From contig CM059432.1 of assembly GCA_030390025.1 (NCBI GenBank), positions 17,362,001 to 17,422,000 of the forward strand: a stretch of 60,000 nucleotides of DNA. Reading direction: 5' to 3'. Under the pieces are notes generated by a model. That model was given only the letters and a program-made list of their open reading frames with translations. It was not told the origin of the DNA and ran no database searches. Shown here one piece after another: positions 1 through 11,990 of this stretch. Source of the DNA: Squalus acanthias (Eukaryota). Both the position numbers and the translations under genes were made by a program. Numbering within the stretch: position 1 is the first letter of the stretch; each line of letters starts with the position of its first letter.

Positions 1-1408
1 TGTCATAGGCACAAATTAACGATAGTACAAGTATACATACATTCATAAAGCTTGGTCTATGGTAATGAAGAACGCACGGCACATTGTAAAAAGGGGAACA
101 CATTATACTTTATCCTTAATAAAACCACCCTCCCCTATCAATACCTACACTACGTCTAGATTTGTAGGATCGGGAAACATGCTCACCACTCGTGATACTT
201 CGGAGAATTTTAAAGTGAGGCGCTCGGCTCGCTTCGCTGCAGCGCCTGACCGTTACGTGTTTTGAGGGGTCTCTGTACCCCACTTGTTTACTTTCGCTGC
301 TGCTGCAAGCAGGCTGGGCTCCCCGTTGTCATGAAGAACTCGACAGTGCTCGGGCCCGGTTCGAAGAAGAGTCTTCCTGTGTCCGACACCGGTTGCCGGT
401 AGAATTCAAAGAAGAGTCTTTGACCAGTTCGTGCAGTAACCTGTAGAGTTCAAAAATGATCTATATATTTTCGGGCGCGGTCGGGGTTTACTGACCGCGG
501 CGGCACGTGGATTCTTCTTCTTCTCTTCTCATCTCGTCTCGTCTCGTTTCTTCGGGCCTTCGGGTCCAGAACACCGTTTACCGACGCTCGGGATGGTGCA
601 CCCGGTTACCGGCCTTCGTCGAGGCGACTCGTTCCGTTTGAGCCCCACCCAACATAGTCAACAGAGTCCAGAGAGAAACAGAAGGCTGCTCGTCCAGCAG
701 AGCGATCCCCGAGGATCAGAATAGGAGGATAAAAGTTCAGCAGTCATCAGCGAGATAAGAGTCATAAGAGAGCGATGGACATTTGTTGTCTATAGTTATA
801 GTGCTGTGTTCCCTTATCTCCCGCTCAAATCTTAATGTTTGTCCTTTGTGAAATATTGGCGCTCAAAACTCCCAGCATGGGGTGATTCTTGTCTTTAACG
901 GGTTTTGGTAGCACCTGAGACTGGCCAACTACCCGTTAATGTTTTCCCCATTGTTGAACTGGCTCGGAGCCTCCCTGGCTGGGTTTTGGGGGCCCCCGAA
1001 TACTTGTTTAATCACCCGAGAATGGCTCTCTCATTGTAGAGCCGTGGGGGTATTTGCGTATTGATGTGTCTGGATGGGCCTTTGATTGCCCAGTACAATG
1101 GTCCTTACTTGTGCATGGAAAACGATTCCAGCACTCATATCTTTTGCTATTGTCACAAATGCAAACAGGTTGCATCCTGTCTTTATCAGTGTTTGCTGAG
1201 TATTATCCAATCTTATACTGAAATGTATATTCTAACGCCATCTTGTCTGCCCACTGAAATTCTGGAAGCTTCTGCCACGATGCATGGCGGCCATTTTACA
1301 GGCTTCTGTGTCCTTTTTAATCATGGCAGCATTTCGTTTAAATAAACTGATCAAACGAATCTGCTTCTATCTCGTTATTTCGAATCGCGATAATTGCGAA
1401 ACTTTACA
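1..1408 (+). mobile_element. LTR copy A of a ~1.6 kb ERV/LTR-retrotransposon LTR family, 5' part cut off by the window edge
   Basis: Near-identical to 43591-44429 and homologous to the reverse complement of 34953-36552. Ends ...GCGAAACTTTACA at 1408. TATA-like CTATATAT at ~461 and AATAAA at 1340. Sits against a LINE endonuclease fragment (1409-1496). Confidence 0.85.
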
Positions 1409-1496
1409 GTGGTCACTGCTACCAATGCTGCCACGGACAGATGCGACTGGTAGATTGGTAAGGACGAGGTCAAGTAGGTTTTTCCCTCGTGTTGGT

Positions 1497-3592
1497 ATGA
1501 GGCACGAATTGGGTAGGATTGATTGGGGAATGTCACTCAAAGGGTTGATGGTGGATAGGCAATGGCAAACATTCAAAGACTGCATGGATGAACTACAGAA
1601 TTTGTTCATCCCAGTGTGGCATAAGAATAAAACAAAAAGGGTGACTCAACCGTGGCTAACAAGGGAAATTAGGGATAGCATGAGATCCAAGGAGAGGGCA
1701 TATAAATTGGCCAGAAAAAGCGGTAACCCTGAGGATTGGGAGCAGTTTAGGATTCAACAAAGGAGGACAAAGGGATTAATTAAGAAGGGGAAAATAGAAT
1801 ATGAAAGTAAGCTTTCAGGGAACATAAAAACTGACTGTAAGAGCTTTTATAGATATGTGAAGAGAAAAAGATTAGTGAAATCAAGTGTAGGTCCCTTGCA
1901 GTCAGAAGCGGGGGAAGTTATAATGGGGAACAAAGAAATGGCAGACCAATTAAATGCATATTTTGGTTCTGTCTTCACAAAGGAGGACACAAATAACCTC
2001 CCAGAGATGTTGGAGAACATAGGGTCTGATGAAAGGGAGGAACTGAAAGAAATCAGTATTTGCAGGGAAATGGTGTTAGGGAAATTGACGGGATTGAAGG
2101 CCGATAAATCCCCAGGGCCTGATAATCTACATCCTAGGGTACTTAAGGAAGTGGCCCTAGAAATAGTAGATGCATTGCTGATCATCTTCCAACATTCGAT
2201 GGAATCTGGAACTGTACCCATGGATTGGAGGGTAGCTAATGTTACCCCACTATTCAAAAAGGGTGGTAGAGAGAAAGCGGGGAATTACAGACCGGTAAGC
2301 CTGACATCGGTAGTGGAGGAAATGCTAGAGTCCATTATAAAGGATGTAATAGCTGAGCACTTGAAAAACAGTGACATGATCGGACAAATTCAACATGGAT
2401 TTACAAAAGGTAAATCGTGCTTGACTAATCTACTGGAATTTTTTGAGGATGTAACTGGGAAAATAGATAAGGGAGAACCAGTAGATGTGGTGTATTTGGA
2501 CTTTCAAAAGGCTTTCGATAAGGTCCCGCATAAGAGATTAGCGTGTAAAGTTAAGGTACATGGGATTGGGGGCAAGGTATTGACTTTGATAGAGAACTGG
2601 TTGGCGGACAGAAAGCAGAGAGTAGGAATTAATGGGTCTTTTTCCGAGTGGCAGGCAGTGACTAGTGGGGTACCGCAGGGTTCGGTCCTTGGACCCCAGC
2701 TATTCACAATATACATTAATGATCTAGATAAGGGAACTAAATGTAATATCTCCAAGTTTGCAGATGACACAAAGCTGGGTGGGCATGTGTGCTGCGAGGA
2801 GGATACTGAGAAACTCCAGGATGATTTGGACAGGTTGGGTGAGTGGGCAGAAGCGTGGCAGATGCAATATAATGTGGATAAATGCGAGGTTATCCACTTT
2901 GGTGTCAAAAACAGAAAGGCAGACTATTATCTGAATGGCAATAGATTGGGAGAAGGGGAAGTGCAACGAGACCTGGGTGTCCTTGTGCACCAGTCGCTGA
3001 AGGTAAGCATGCAGGTGCAGCAGGCGGTGCAAGGCCTTGGTGAGACCACACCTTGAGTACTGTGTGCAGTTTTGGTCACCTTATCTGAGGAAGGATGTTC
3101 TTGCCATGGAAGGAGTTCAGCGAAGATTCACAAGGCTGATACCTGGGATGGCAGGAATGACATATGAGGAGAGATTGGGTCGATTGGGCTTATATTCGCT
3201 GGAGTATAGAAGAATGAGAGGGGATCTCATCGAAACATATAAAATTCTGACAGGTCTGGACAAACTAGATGCAGGAAGAATGTTCCTGATGGTCGGAGAG
3301 TCCAGCACCTGGGGTCATAATCAAAGGATAAGGGGTAAGCCATTTAGGACAGAAATGAGGAAGAATTTCTTCACCCAGAGAGTGGTGAACCTGTGGAATT
3401 CTCTACCACAGAAGGTACTTGAGGCCAAGTCATTAAATATATTCAAGAATGAGTTAGATATATTTCTTAAAGCTAAAGGTATCAAGGGATAGGGGGAGAA
3501 GGCAGGTACAGGGTGCTGAGTTTGGATGATCAGCCATGATCTCATCGAATGGCGGAGCAGGCTCGAGGGGCCTACTCCTATCTTCTTATGTT
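1497..3592 (+). mobile_element. CR1 LINE, 5'-truncated ORF2 (reverse transcriptase) with an internal deletion/frameshift near 3030
   Basis: ORF motifs [38 protein letters not shown] and [11 protein letters not shown], then a CR1 3' tail. It splits an older LINE at GTTGGT|TCTCTCACC. Confidence 0.95.
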
Positions 3593-4527
3593 TCTCTCAC
3601 CACCTGTCGCAGGCCCAGACTGGCAGTTATGTCCTTCAGGACTCGGCCAGCAGTGGTGCTACCAAGCCACTCTTGGTGATGGACTTTGAAGTCCCCCACC
3701 CAGAGTACATTCTGTCCCCTTGCTACTCTCAGTGCTTCTTCCAAGTGGTGTTCAACATGGAGGAGTACTGATTCATCAGCTGAGGGAGGGCGGTAGGTGG
3801 TAATCAGCAGGAGGTTTCCTTGCCCATGTTTGACCTGAAGCCATGAGACTTCATGTGTTCTGGAGTCAATGTTGAGGACTCCCAGTACCACTCCTTCCCG
3901 ACTGTATACCACTGTGCCGCCACCCCTGGTGGGTCTGTCTTGCCGGTGGGACAGGACATACCCAGGGATGGTGATGGAGGAGATTGGGACATTGGCTGAA
4001 AGGTATGATTCTGTGAGTATGACTATGTCAGGCTGTTGCTTTACTAGTCTGTGCGACAGCTCTCCCAATTTTGGCACAAGTCCCCAGATGTTGGTGAGGA
4101 GGACTTTGCAGGGTTGACTGGGCTGGGTGTGTCGCTGTCGTGTCTGTAGCCGGTGCCGAGTGGTCCGCCAAGTTTCATTCTTATTATTTCATAGCGGTTA
4201 GTTACAACTGAGTGACTTGCTAGGCCATTTCAGAGGGCAGTTAAGAGTCAACCACATTGCTGTGGGTCTGGAGTCACATATAGGTCAGACCAGGTAAGGA
4301 CAGCAGATTTCCCTCCCTAAAGGACATTAGTGAACCAGATTGATTTTTACGACAATCCGATAGTTTCATGGTCACCATTACTGATGCGAGCTTTTTATTC
4401 CAGATTTATTTAATTAACTGAATTTAAATTACCCAGCTGCTATGGTGGGATTTGAACTCACGTCTCTGGATCATTAGTCCAGGCCTCTGGTTTACTAGCC
4501 CAGTGACAGTAGCACTACGCTACCGTT
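3593..4527 (-). mobile_element. 5' part of a LINE: APE endonuclease preceded by a tRNA-like head; continues at 1409-1496
   Basis: Minus-strand frame KVLLTNIWGL..PDIVILTES..DRPTRGGG..YRPPS..GDF. Upstream are A-box-like GGTAGCGTAGTG and B-box GAGTTCAAATCCC at ~4445-4525. Confidence 0.85.
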
Positions 4528-4530
4528 CCC

Positions 4531-4625
4531 GTTGGGCGCAGGGGTGCTAACTTTTTTGGGGCGCTAAAAGTAGCGCCCCGGTGAAGTTAGCGCTCCAAAG
4601 GGGGCGCGCTTCAATTTCCCCCCCC
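4531..4625 (-). mobile_element. Terminal fragment of a GC-rich non-autonomous DNA transposon
   Basis: Reverse-complement similarity to 58326-58416, with repeated GGCGCTAA/TAGCGCC motifs. Confidence 0.6.
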
Positions 4626-4949
4626 TTCAAATCAAATTTGTTGTGAACAAATAATAAAAAACAGAATCAAGAATTACACAGCTAAGATGCCTGGTCAGCC
4701 AATCGAGACCTGATAGAATTTTGACAATTTTATTACTTGAAACAAGGCAGATCTCTAGTCTGCCATAGTGGCATCTACTTGAGAGGCAGCCTCCTCATCC
4801 ATGACTTCTGCTGCTGTACACTTCCTGAACATGTCACTCTTCAAGTGTCAATTTGGCACAGTCACATTCATGGTACTGACCAATTACGACCATCTGTAGC
4901 TTCAAGTGTCAATTTGGCACAGTTATCAGCACTATGCATGAATAACGAA

Positions 4950-5400
4950 TCAAAAGATTGTGGATTCAAACCTGACTTCAGTATTTTAGTAGATAATCTA
5001 GGCTGATACTTCAGTGCAGTACTGAGGAAGTGCCGCCCTTCAGTTGAGATGTTAAATTGAACCACCGTCTTCCTGTTCAGGTAAATGTTAAAGACCCCCA
5101 TGCCACTATTCAAAGAAGATAAGCGTGCCTTGGCCTATATATTACCCACAATCAGCCATTAAAAAAAACCTGATCAATCATCTCATTGTTTTTTGTGGGA
5201 CCTTACTGTGTGCAAAATGGCTGCCACACTTGCATACACAACAACAGCGACTTCATTGTATGTGAAATGCTTTGAGAAAGATGCGATAAGACATTATAGG
5301 GCTGATTTTAACTTTGGGCGGTGGCAGAATGCAGGCAGTAGTGGATCGACGGCCCGATTTACCTTTCCATTGAAGTCGGTATAAATGTAGGTTCTTTCTT
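4950..5400 (+). mobile_element. Decayed tRNA/Deu-domain SINE (SacSINE1-like)
   Basis: Matches the reverse complement of the better copies at 6281-6713 and 18464-19155. Confidence 0.65.
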
Positions 5401-5679
5401 CTCTGCCACTAGAATTTGTTTCTCCTTTAAACTGTGTTACCAAAGAGTTTGCGACATACTTTGTGCAGTGATGTCATTACACCATCAGATTGGGACCCCG
5501 CACCCAAGTTTTACTGCCACATTTTTGTATCAATGCGCACCTAAAACCTCTTCATTTGGACACAAAAGTGGCGATATAACTGAGCCCTCAAAGTACAAAT
5601 ACAAAAATTTGCAAAGGTGAACTGACAAGCTGCTTCCAGGCCACCGCCAACGTTAAGTGCAGATTTTCACACCTTCTTT

Positions 5680-6082
5680 GGAGCAGAGGAGAGACTTAAT
5701 TGAGGTGTATAAAATTATGAGGGGCCTAGATAGAGTGGATAGGAAGGACCTATTTCCCTTAGCAGAGAGTCAATAACCAGGGGACATAGATTTAAAGTAA
5801 TTGGTAGAAGGATTAGAGGGGAGTTGAGGAGAACTTTTTTCACCCAGAGGATGGTGGGGGTCTGGAACTCACTGCCTGAAAGGGTGGTAGAGGCAGAAAC
5901 CCTCATCACATTTAAAAAGTACTTGGATATGCACTTGAAGTGCCGTAACCTACAGGGCTATGGACCAAGAGCTGGGAAGTGGGATAAGGCTGGATAGCTC
6001 TTTTTTGGCTGGCACAGACACGATGGGCTGAATGGCCTCCTTCGGTGCCGTAAATTTCTGTGATTCTATTCTGTGATTCTAA
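5680..6082 (+). mobile_element. CR1 3' end fragment
   Basis: RGDLIEVYKI..RTFFTQR coding remnant plus an ATTCTGTG-type tail. Confidence 0.85.
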
Positions 6083-6280
6083 GTATATAGCCTCTGTTCA
6101 GCACCTCTCCATACAGCAGCAGCTCAGTTGAGATCACAGCAGCATGGGGAATCAAACCTGTGATCGTTTCCACTACTGTGATGCTACATAACCAGCACAC
6201 TGTGCCAGTCACTGTCCACTTTCTTTTAACTAGATGGCAGTCTATTTCATAAATTAAAGACTCTTATGGTGAATTAGGTT

Positions 6281-6713
6281 AAAAGAAAAGAAAGACTTGC
6301 ATTTATATAGCGCCTTTCGCAGTCATCGCAAAGCACTTTACAATCAATGTTGTAATATAGGAAACACGGCAGACCAATTTGCGCACAGTAAGCTCCCACA
6401 AACAGCAATGTGATAATGGCCAGATGATCTGGTTTAGTGATGTCGATTGGCCAGAACACCCAGGTTAACTCCCCAGCTCTGTCTTTGAAATAGTGCCATG
6501 GGATCTTTCACGCCCACTTGAGAGAATAGACAGGGCCTCAATTTAACATCTTTCATCCGAAAGACAGCACCTCCAACAGTGTAGCAGTCCATCAGCACTG
6601 CACTGGGAATGTCAGCCTAGATTTTTGTGCTCAAGTCTCATGGTGTGGGACTTGAACCCACAACCTTCTATGGCTCAGGGGTGAGAGTGCTACCCACTGA
6701 GCCACAGCTGACA
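6281..6713 (-). mobile_element. tRNA-derived SINE with Deu domain and L2-like tail (SacSINE1-like)
   Basis: Minus-strand head TCAGTGGGTAGCACTCTC..GGTTCAAGTCCC and tail TATATAAATGCAAGTCTTTC. Multiple copies in the window. Confidence 0.8.
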
Positions 6714-6800
6714 CAGCACCCTCAATTTTCATGCTGTACAAGTCTCTAATTCTGCTTTGTGATATTCATTATTGGCAATTTACAAAGAATATTTTTTCAG

Positions 6801-6991
6801 ATATTGTATGAAAGAAAGGTACGTGTTTGAAAGTTAAGTCTACCACAATGCACAAGCACTGAGCCCTTTTTAAAAAGTACTCTCCTAATCATTAACAAGA
6901 AGGCTTTAATTTTTTACTGGCAGCCTGCTGTTAGGTGTTAAAGTACTTTCAGAGTGTTTTTTTGTAGGATCAGCTGAGGAAAATGTTTTGA
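6801..6991 (+). other. Candidate terminal exons of an unidentified host gene: 18-bp microexon 6801-6818 plus 6968-6991 (ILYERK|DQLRKMF*)
   Basis: TTTTTTCAG|exon|GTACGT, a 149-bp intron, a T-rich TGTAG acceptor, an in-frame stop, and AATAAA at 7070. Lies in non-repetitive sequence; no protein recognised. Confidence 0.3.
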
Positions 6992-7822
6992 AGCATTCTT
7001 GCAACATATGATGAATTACCAAAGAATGCCTAGAAATGCAATCCATCACACATTGGGATATCAGAAATGAATAAAATTATGTTTTCAAAATGAGAAACCA
7101 CAGGACTCACAATACTTCCATGCTAAACTGATCAGATTAGGCTTTGAATTTGTAATTACTGGAGCTGTACAGTATAGCATTCCTTTTGTTGGATGGAGAA
7201 TTTTGCGGCTACATATCATACTTTATTAAAACTTATACAATGGATCTTTGTTTAACTCTCTCATTGAGTTGATATCCTTTAACTGTATTGCCCTAAACCT
7301 CTCTGCCTCTTTACCTCTCTCTCCTCCTTTAAGACGCTCCTTAAAACCTACCTCCACCTACCCTAATATCTCCTTATGTGGCTTGGTGTCAAATTTTGTT
7401 TGATAACGCTCCTGTGAATGTTTTTTCATGAAGACAGTGGGATGTTTTACTTCATTAAAGGTGGTATATAAATGCAATTTGTTGCTGTTGTTGTATAGTC
7501 AAACGTGATATTAAAACATCGTTGCTCCGTACAACTTAAATCTAGATTCTAGAAGATCAACACATTTGAATGGTTTCATAAAGTGACAGACAATCAGATA
7601 GCAGTCATCAGAAGCTGGCATGCAGTGCCACATCGTAAATGTCAACTCTAAAAATAAGCCCAGAAATCATACTTGGATAAGCCACCTCCCTTGGATACAC
7701 AGTTTGGCTAATGGCTGGAACCTGAATATTGTCGGAAGCAAATTGGGAATTAGTAATAGTTTGTTTATAACAAGCTATTGAAACGCCCTTATTACAATGT
7801 CTTCTTTACATTTCCACATATT

Positions 7823-8496
7823 GGCCTGTAATTTGCGGTCAGCGGCAAAGCAAAGACACTTGCCACTGGCCCCGAAGAAAGCTGCCAACAGAGATCATCA
7901 CAGCACTATCGCACTACGGATTCCCATTACAGAGCGCTGAAATCAACTGAACGTCGAAAAAGGCAAACCTCTCGCCACAGAGATCGTGGCTTATCCAAGT
8001 CCGATTCCTGGGCTTATTTTTAGAGTTGGCATTTACGATGTCTAAGCAGCCAATCACATTGCAGAAGTCTCACAGATAGGAAACCAGGAAATGAGAAGCT
8101 GTTTTCATCCGGACTTTTAAAAAATGTTCCAGAGAGCGAAATAAAGATTGAGACTCTCGCATGGGGATAATGTAGAAGCTGAAATATATTGAACAAACTT
8201 TAAAAAAAAAATGTAAGTTTTTTAAAAATTGTAATTTTTATCACAATGGAGGAACTTGACACTCCACAAATATAAAAGTTAGTTTTTCAGAGCCATAACG
8301 TTTGTTTAGCAGTCAATACACTGTTAAAACCCAGTTACACCTATTCCAATAGGGCAGCCAGTGTTGGAGCAGTGAATGACTGACTGCAACTTCCAGATTT
8401 CCATATTTAGATCCTGAAGTTGCGGTCATTTCAGTGGGGTAACAACGGCGAAAACGCTGTTAGTTCGCCGTCATTACCCACCGCAAATTCCGGGCC
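7823..8496. mobile_element. Non-autonomous PIF/Harbinger MITE
   Basis: TIR GGCCTGTAATTTGCGGT / ACCGCAAATTCCGGGCC, with a 3-bp TSD ATT on both sides. Confidence 0.8.
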
Positions 8497-8695
8497 ATTG
8501 CCTTTCCATAGAAAAGTATTTCAGAACTTTTCTCATTATATGATATATTTGTCTTAATTTGGGGATGGCAATAACCCAAAAATAAAAATGACCCATTTAC
8601 AATGAAGCAGAAAATATTAGATTTTTTAATCCGAGGTGAGCCCATTAGGCCTGCTGTTTTCCTTGATTAAATTTCCGAAACCAGATTTAAACGTC

Positions 8696-8890
8696 ATGTG
8701 GCAAAAAGTGCTTCCTGACATCCACCCCTGAACGGCCTAGCACTAAATTTAAGATTATGCCCCCTTGTTCTGAACTCCCCCACCAGATTTAATAGTTTCT
8801 CTCTGTCTACCCTATCAAATCCTTTAATCACCTTAAACACCTTAATCAGATTGCCCGTTAATCTATACTCAGGGTAATACAAGCCTAGTC
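8696..8890 (-). mobile_element. CR1 3' fragment
   Basis: LIKVFKVIKGFDRVDREKL..RTRGHNLK remnant. Confidence 0.75.
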
Positions 8891-9354
8891 AGGGAGGGCA
8901 GGCAGGAGTGGGAATTGGGGAAGGTGCTAGACGCTGCTGAGGACCCAAGGGAACAGTCCCCGGTATAAGGTAAGTGTTGGGGAATGGGGGTGGGGTGGGT
9001 GGGAGGAGGTTGTGGGCTGTTGCTAGTCGGAGAAGGGAGAGGCAAGGTCATGGCTAGGGTGCCCAAGGACCCTAGTGGGGCATGGGGGAGTACTCCTGCG
9101 CCTCCTGGCCCACAAGGGTTTCACATAAGAGTAACACGTTTTAAACTCTAAACCTTGGCCTCTTCTGGCCACTCCACAACCCCCGCCACGGTCCAGCTGT
9201 CAGGGTTGGCCCCAATGCCAGTCTCCCGAATGTCAAAGTTAAAACGCCGTTGTGGCACCAATGACATCATTGGGCCACACCTTTTAGATTTAAATCAGGT
9301 CCCCGCCTGCCTGCAGTGGGAGCCTCGGCCAACTTCAAAATTGGCAAAGATATT

Positions 9355-10098
9355 GGCCCAGAAATTGATCTCGCTCTGTTCCCGCGGGGGTAAGCCTTCC
9401 CCGCGATGTCTCACCTCGCTTATGCTTTTTCTGATCCAGCTCGCACGAACTTGATGTTCCAGACATCAGCTGTGCTGGGCTTGCGTATCCCAGCGGCGTA
9501 GTGAATTCGTGCGAGCTGTGGGATCACGTGACTCAGTTAGAGCCAATGGCAGCACACCATCTTCCATTCATAAGTCTCACAGCATGGCTGTGAGACTTAT
9601 GAATCTTACACCCCCCCAAAATAACAGCTAAACCTCAATTAAATTTAAAAAAAAAACCATCACATTAATAAAATAAGTATAGTTAATTAAATTAACCATT
9701 TTAAATAAAAAATTAAATTTTTGAAAAAATTTAAAATCTTTTAAAAAGTTATAAAAATAAACTTACCTGTCTTTAAAGTCTATAAAAAAGATATACCTGT
9801 AAAAAAAAATTCAAAAAAATACTTAATTCACTACTTACCTTCTTAAAAGCGGGTCTTACTCCTCCTTTTTACATTTCCAAAATCTTCCCTACTTACCTGC
9901 GCGTCCAAAGCATGAAGTGCACAGCGTGCGCGCAGCCTGTAGCGCGCACGCGATGCACCCAGGCCCCGCCCCCTTTTCGGAAGAGCAATTGCCAGTTTTC
10001 AGCGCATGCGCAGGGCATGCAGAAAACCGGCAATTGGAGTGGGAATACGCGAGAGTATGCAGTGCGTACTCTCGCGTCCCGGGATCAATTTTCGGCCC
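9355..10098. mobile_element. Harbinger-type MITE (same family as 33352-34092), nested in an older GC-rich element (~8890-10196)
   Basis: TIR GGCCCAGAAATTGATC / GATCAATTTTCGGCCC, AT-rich core, internal 18-bp hairpin at 9566-9604. TSD unclear. Confidence 0.7.
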
Positions 10099-10499
10099 AA
10101 AATATCGCTGAACGGCAATGGTGCAGCCTCGGGAAAGTAAGTGGACTCAGCCAATTTTAACCCTTTCCCGCCGGGCAGGGGATTAAAATCGACCCCACTG
10201 TCTTCATGAAAAACCGTTGGGCAAACCAGTTACCGTTTGCTCACAAACAATGTCAAGGCATAAGTTACATTGAAATGCATCATCATCAGACTGGTAAGTC
10301 CTAGCCAATATTTATCCCTCAATCAACGTCACTAAAACAGATTATCTGGTCATTATCGCATTGCTGTTTGCGGGAGCTTGCTGTGCACAAATTGGCTGTC
10401 GCATTTCCTACATTACAACAGTGACTACACTTCAAAAAATACTTCATTGGCTGTGACGTGCTTTTGGACATCCGGTGGTCATGAAATACGTGATATAAA

Positions 10500-10958
10500 G
10501 GATTCTAAAGGAGGACAAAGCAGCCCGCTTGATTGGCACCCCATCCACCACCTTAAACAGTCACTCCCTCCACCACCAGCGTACCGTGGCTGCAGTGTGT
10601 ACCATATACAAGATGCACTGCAGCATCTTGCCAAGGCTTCTTCGGCAGCACCTCCCAAACCCGCGACCTCTTCCACCTAGAAGGACAAGGGCAGCAGGAG
10701 CATGGGAACACCACCACCTCCAAGTTCCCCTCCAAGTCACACACCATCTTGACTTAGAAGTATATCGTCGATCCTTCATCGTCGCTGGATCAAAATCCTG
10801 GAACTCCCTCCCTAACAGCACTGTGGGAGTACCTTCACCACACGGACTGCAGCGGTTCAAGAAGGTGGTTCACCACCACCTTCTCAAGGGCAATTAGGGA
10901 TGGGCAATAAATGCTGGCCTTGCCAGCGACGCCCACATCCCATAAACGAATTTTTAAA
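10500..10958 (+). mobile_element. LINE 3' end (CR1-group); its tail recurs at 11045-11110
   Basis: HSLHHQRTVAAVCTIYKMHC..SKSWNSLP remnant, tail GGGATGGGCAATAAATGCTGGCC. Confidence 0.8.
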
Positions 10959-10962
10959 AAGT

Positions 10963-11990
10963 TCAACAACAACTTGAATTTATATAGCGCTTTTAACGTA
11001 GTGAAAAGGTCCCAAGTTACTTCACAGGAGTGTTACCGGGCAAAAATTAGGGACGGGCAATAAATGCTGGCCTTGCCAGCGACGCCCACATCCCATTAAT
11101 GAATTAAAAAAAACACTAAGCTACATAAAGACATATTAGGACTTAAAGGAGGAGCGAGAGGTAGAGAGGCGATGAGGTTTAGGAAGGAAATTTTAGAGCT
11201 TAGGGCCCAGGCAGCTGAACGCACCGAAAATCAGGGATGTGAAAGAGGCCAGAATTGGAAGAGTGCAGAGATCTCGGAGGGGTGTAGGGCTGGAGGAGGT
11301 TACAGAGTTAGGGAGAGGCGAGGCCATGGAGAGATTTGAACACAAGGATGAGAATTGTAAAAACGAGGTGAAGTCGGTCCAGGAGCCAATGTAGTTCGGG
11401 GTGATGGGTGAATGGGACTTGTTGCGATTTAGGATACGGGCAGCAGAGTTTTAGGTGAGCTTAAGTCTATGGAGGGTGGAAGATGGGAGATTGGCCAGGA
11501 GAGTATTGGAATAGTCAAGTCTGGAGGTAACAAAAGCATGGATGAGGGTTTCAGCAACAGAATGGCTGAGGCAGGGTTGGAGACAGGAGATATTACAGAG
11601 ATGGAAGTACAGGGTCTTGGTGATGGAGAGGATATGGGGTCAGAAGCTCAGCTCATGATCAAATAGGACGCCGAGCTTGCGAAAAGTCTGGTTCAGCCTG
11701 AGACAGTAGCCAGGGTGGGGTGCGAAAATAATGGCTTTGGTCTTCCCAGTGTTTAATTGTAGTGTGAAATTCCTGCTCATCCAGGACTGGACAACACAGA
11801 GGCAGTGGAGGGGGTCGAGAGAGGTGGCGGTGAGGTAGAGCTGGGTGTCATCAGCGCACATGTGGCACCTGATGTCTTTTTGCATGATGACACCAAGGGG
11901 CAGCATGTAGATGAGAAGTAGGAGGGGGCTAAGGATGAAACCTTGGGGGACTCCAGAGGCAACAGTGCGGGAGCAGGAAGAGAAACCATT
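10963..11990 (-). mobile_element. L2 LINE 3' part, decayed
   Basis: GVPQGFILSP..ADDTQLY..LNTGKTK remnant, tail TATATAAATTCAAGTTGTTG. Confidence 0.85.

Noticed and set aside
59..265. Small ORF repeated at 43649 as an LTR-encoded accessory protein
   Set aside because: Copies A and B are near-identical, so sharing is uninformative. The stops differ and the frame is not evidently kept in copy C.
335..425. Heat-shock elements in the LTR GAA/TTC repeats
   Set aside because: The spacing does not fit nGAAnnTTCn; more likely ordinary U3 enhancer duplications.
1284..3056. 590-aa ORF as a host or novel fusion gene
   Set aside because: The N-terminus is chance read-through of an LTR end and an antisense LINE piece into a truncated CR1 RT.
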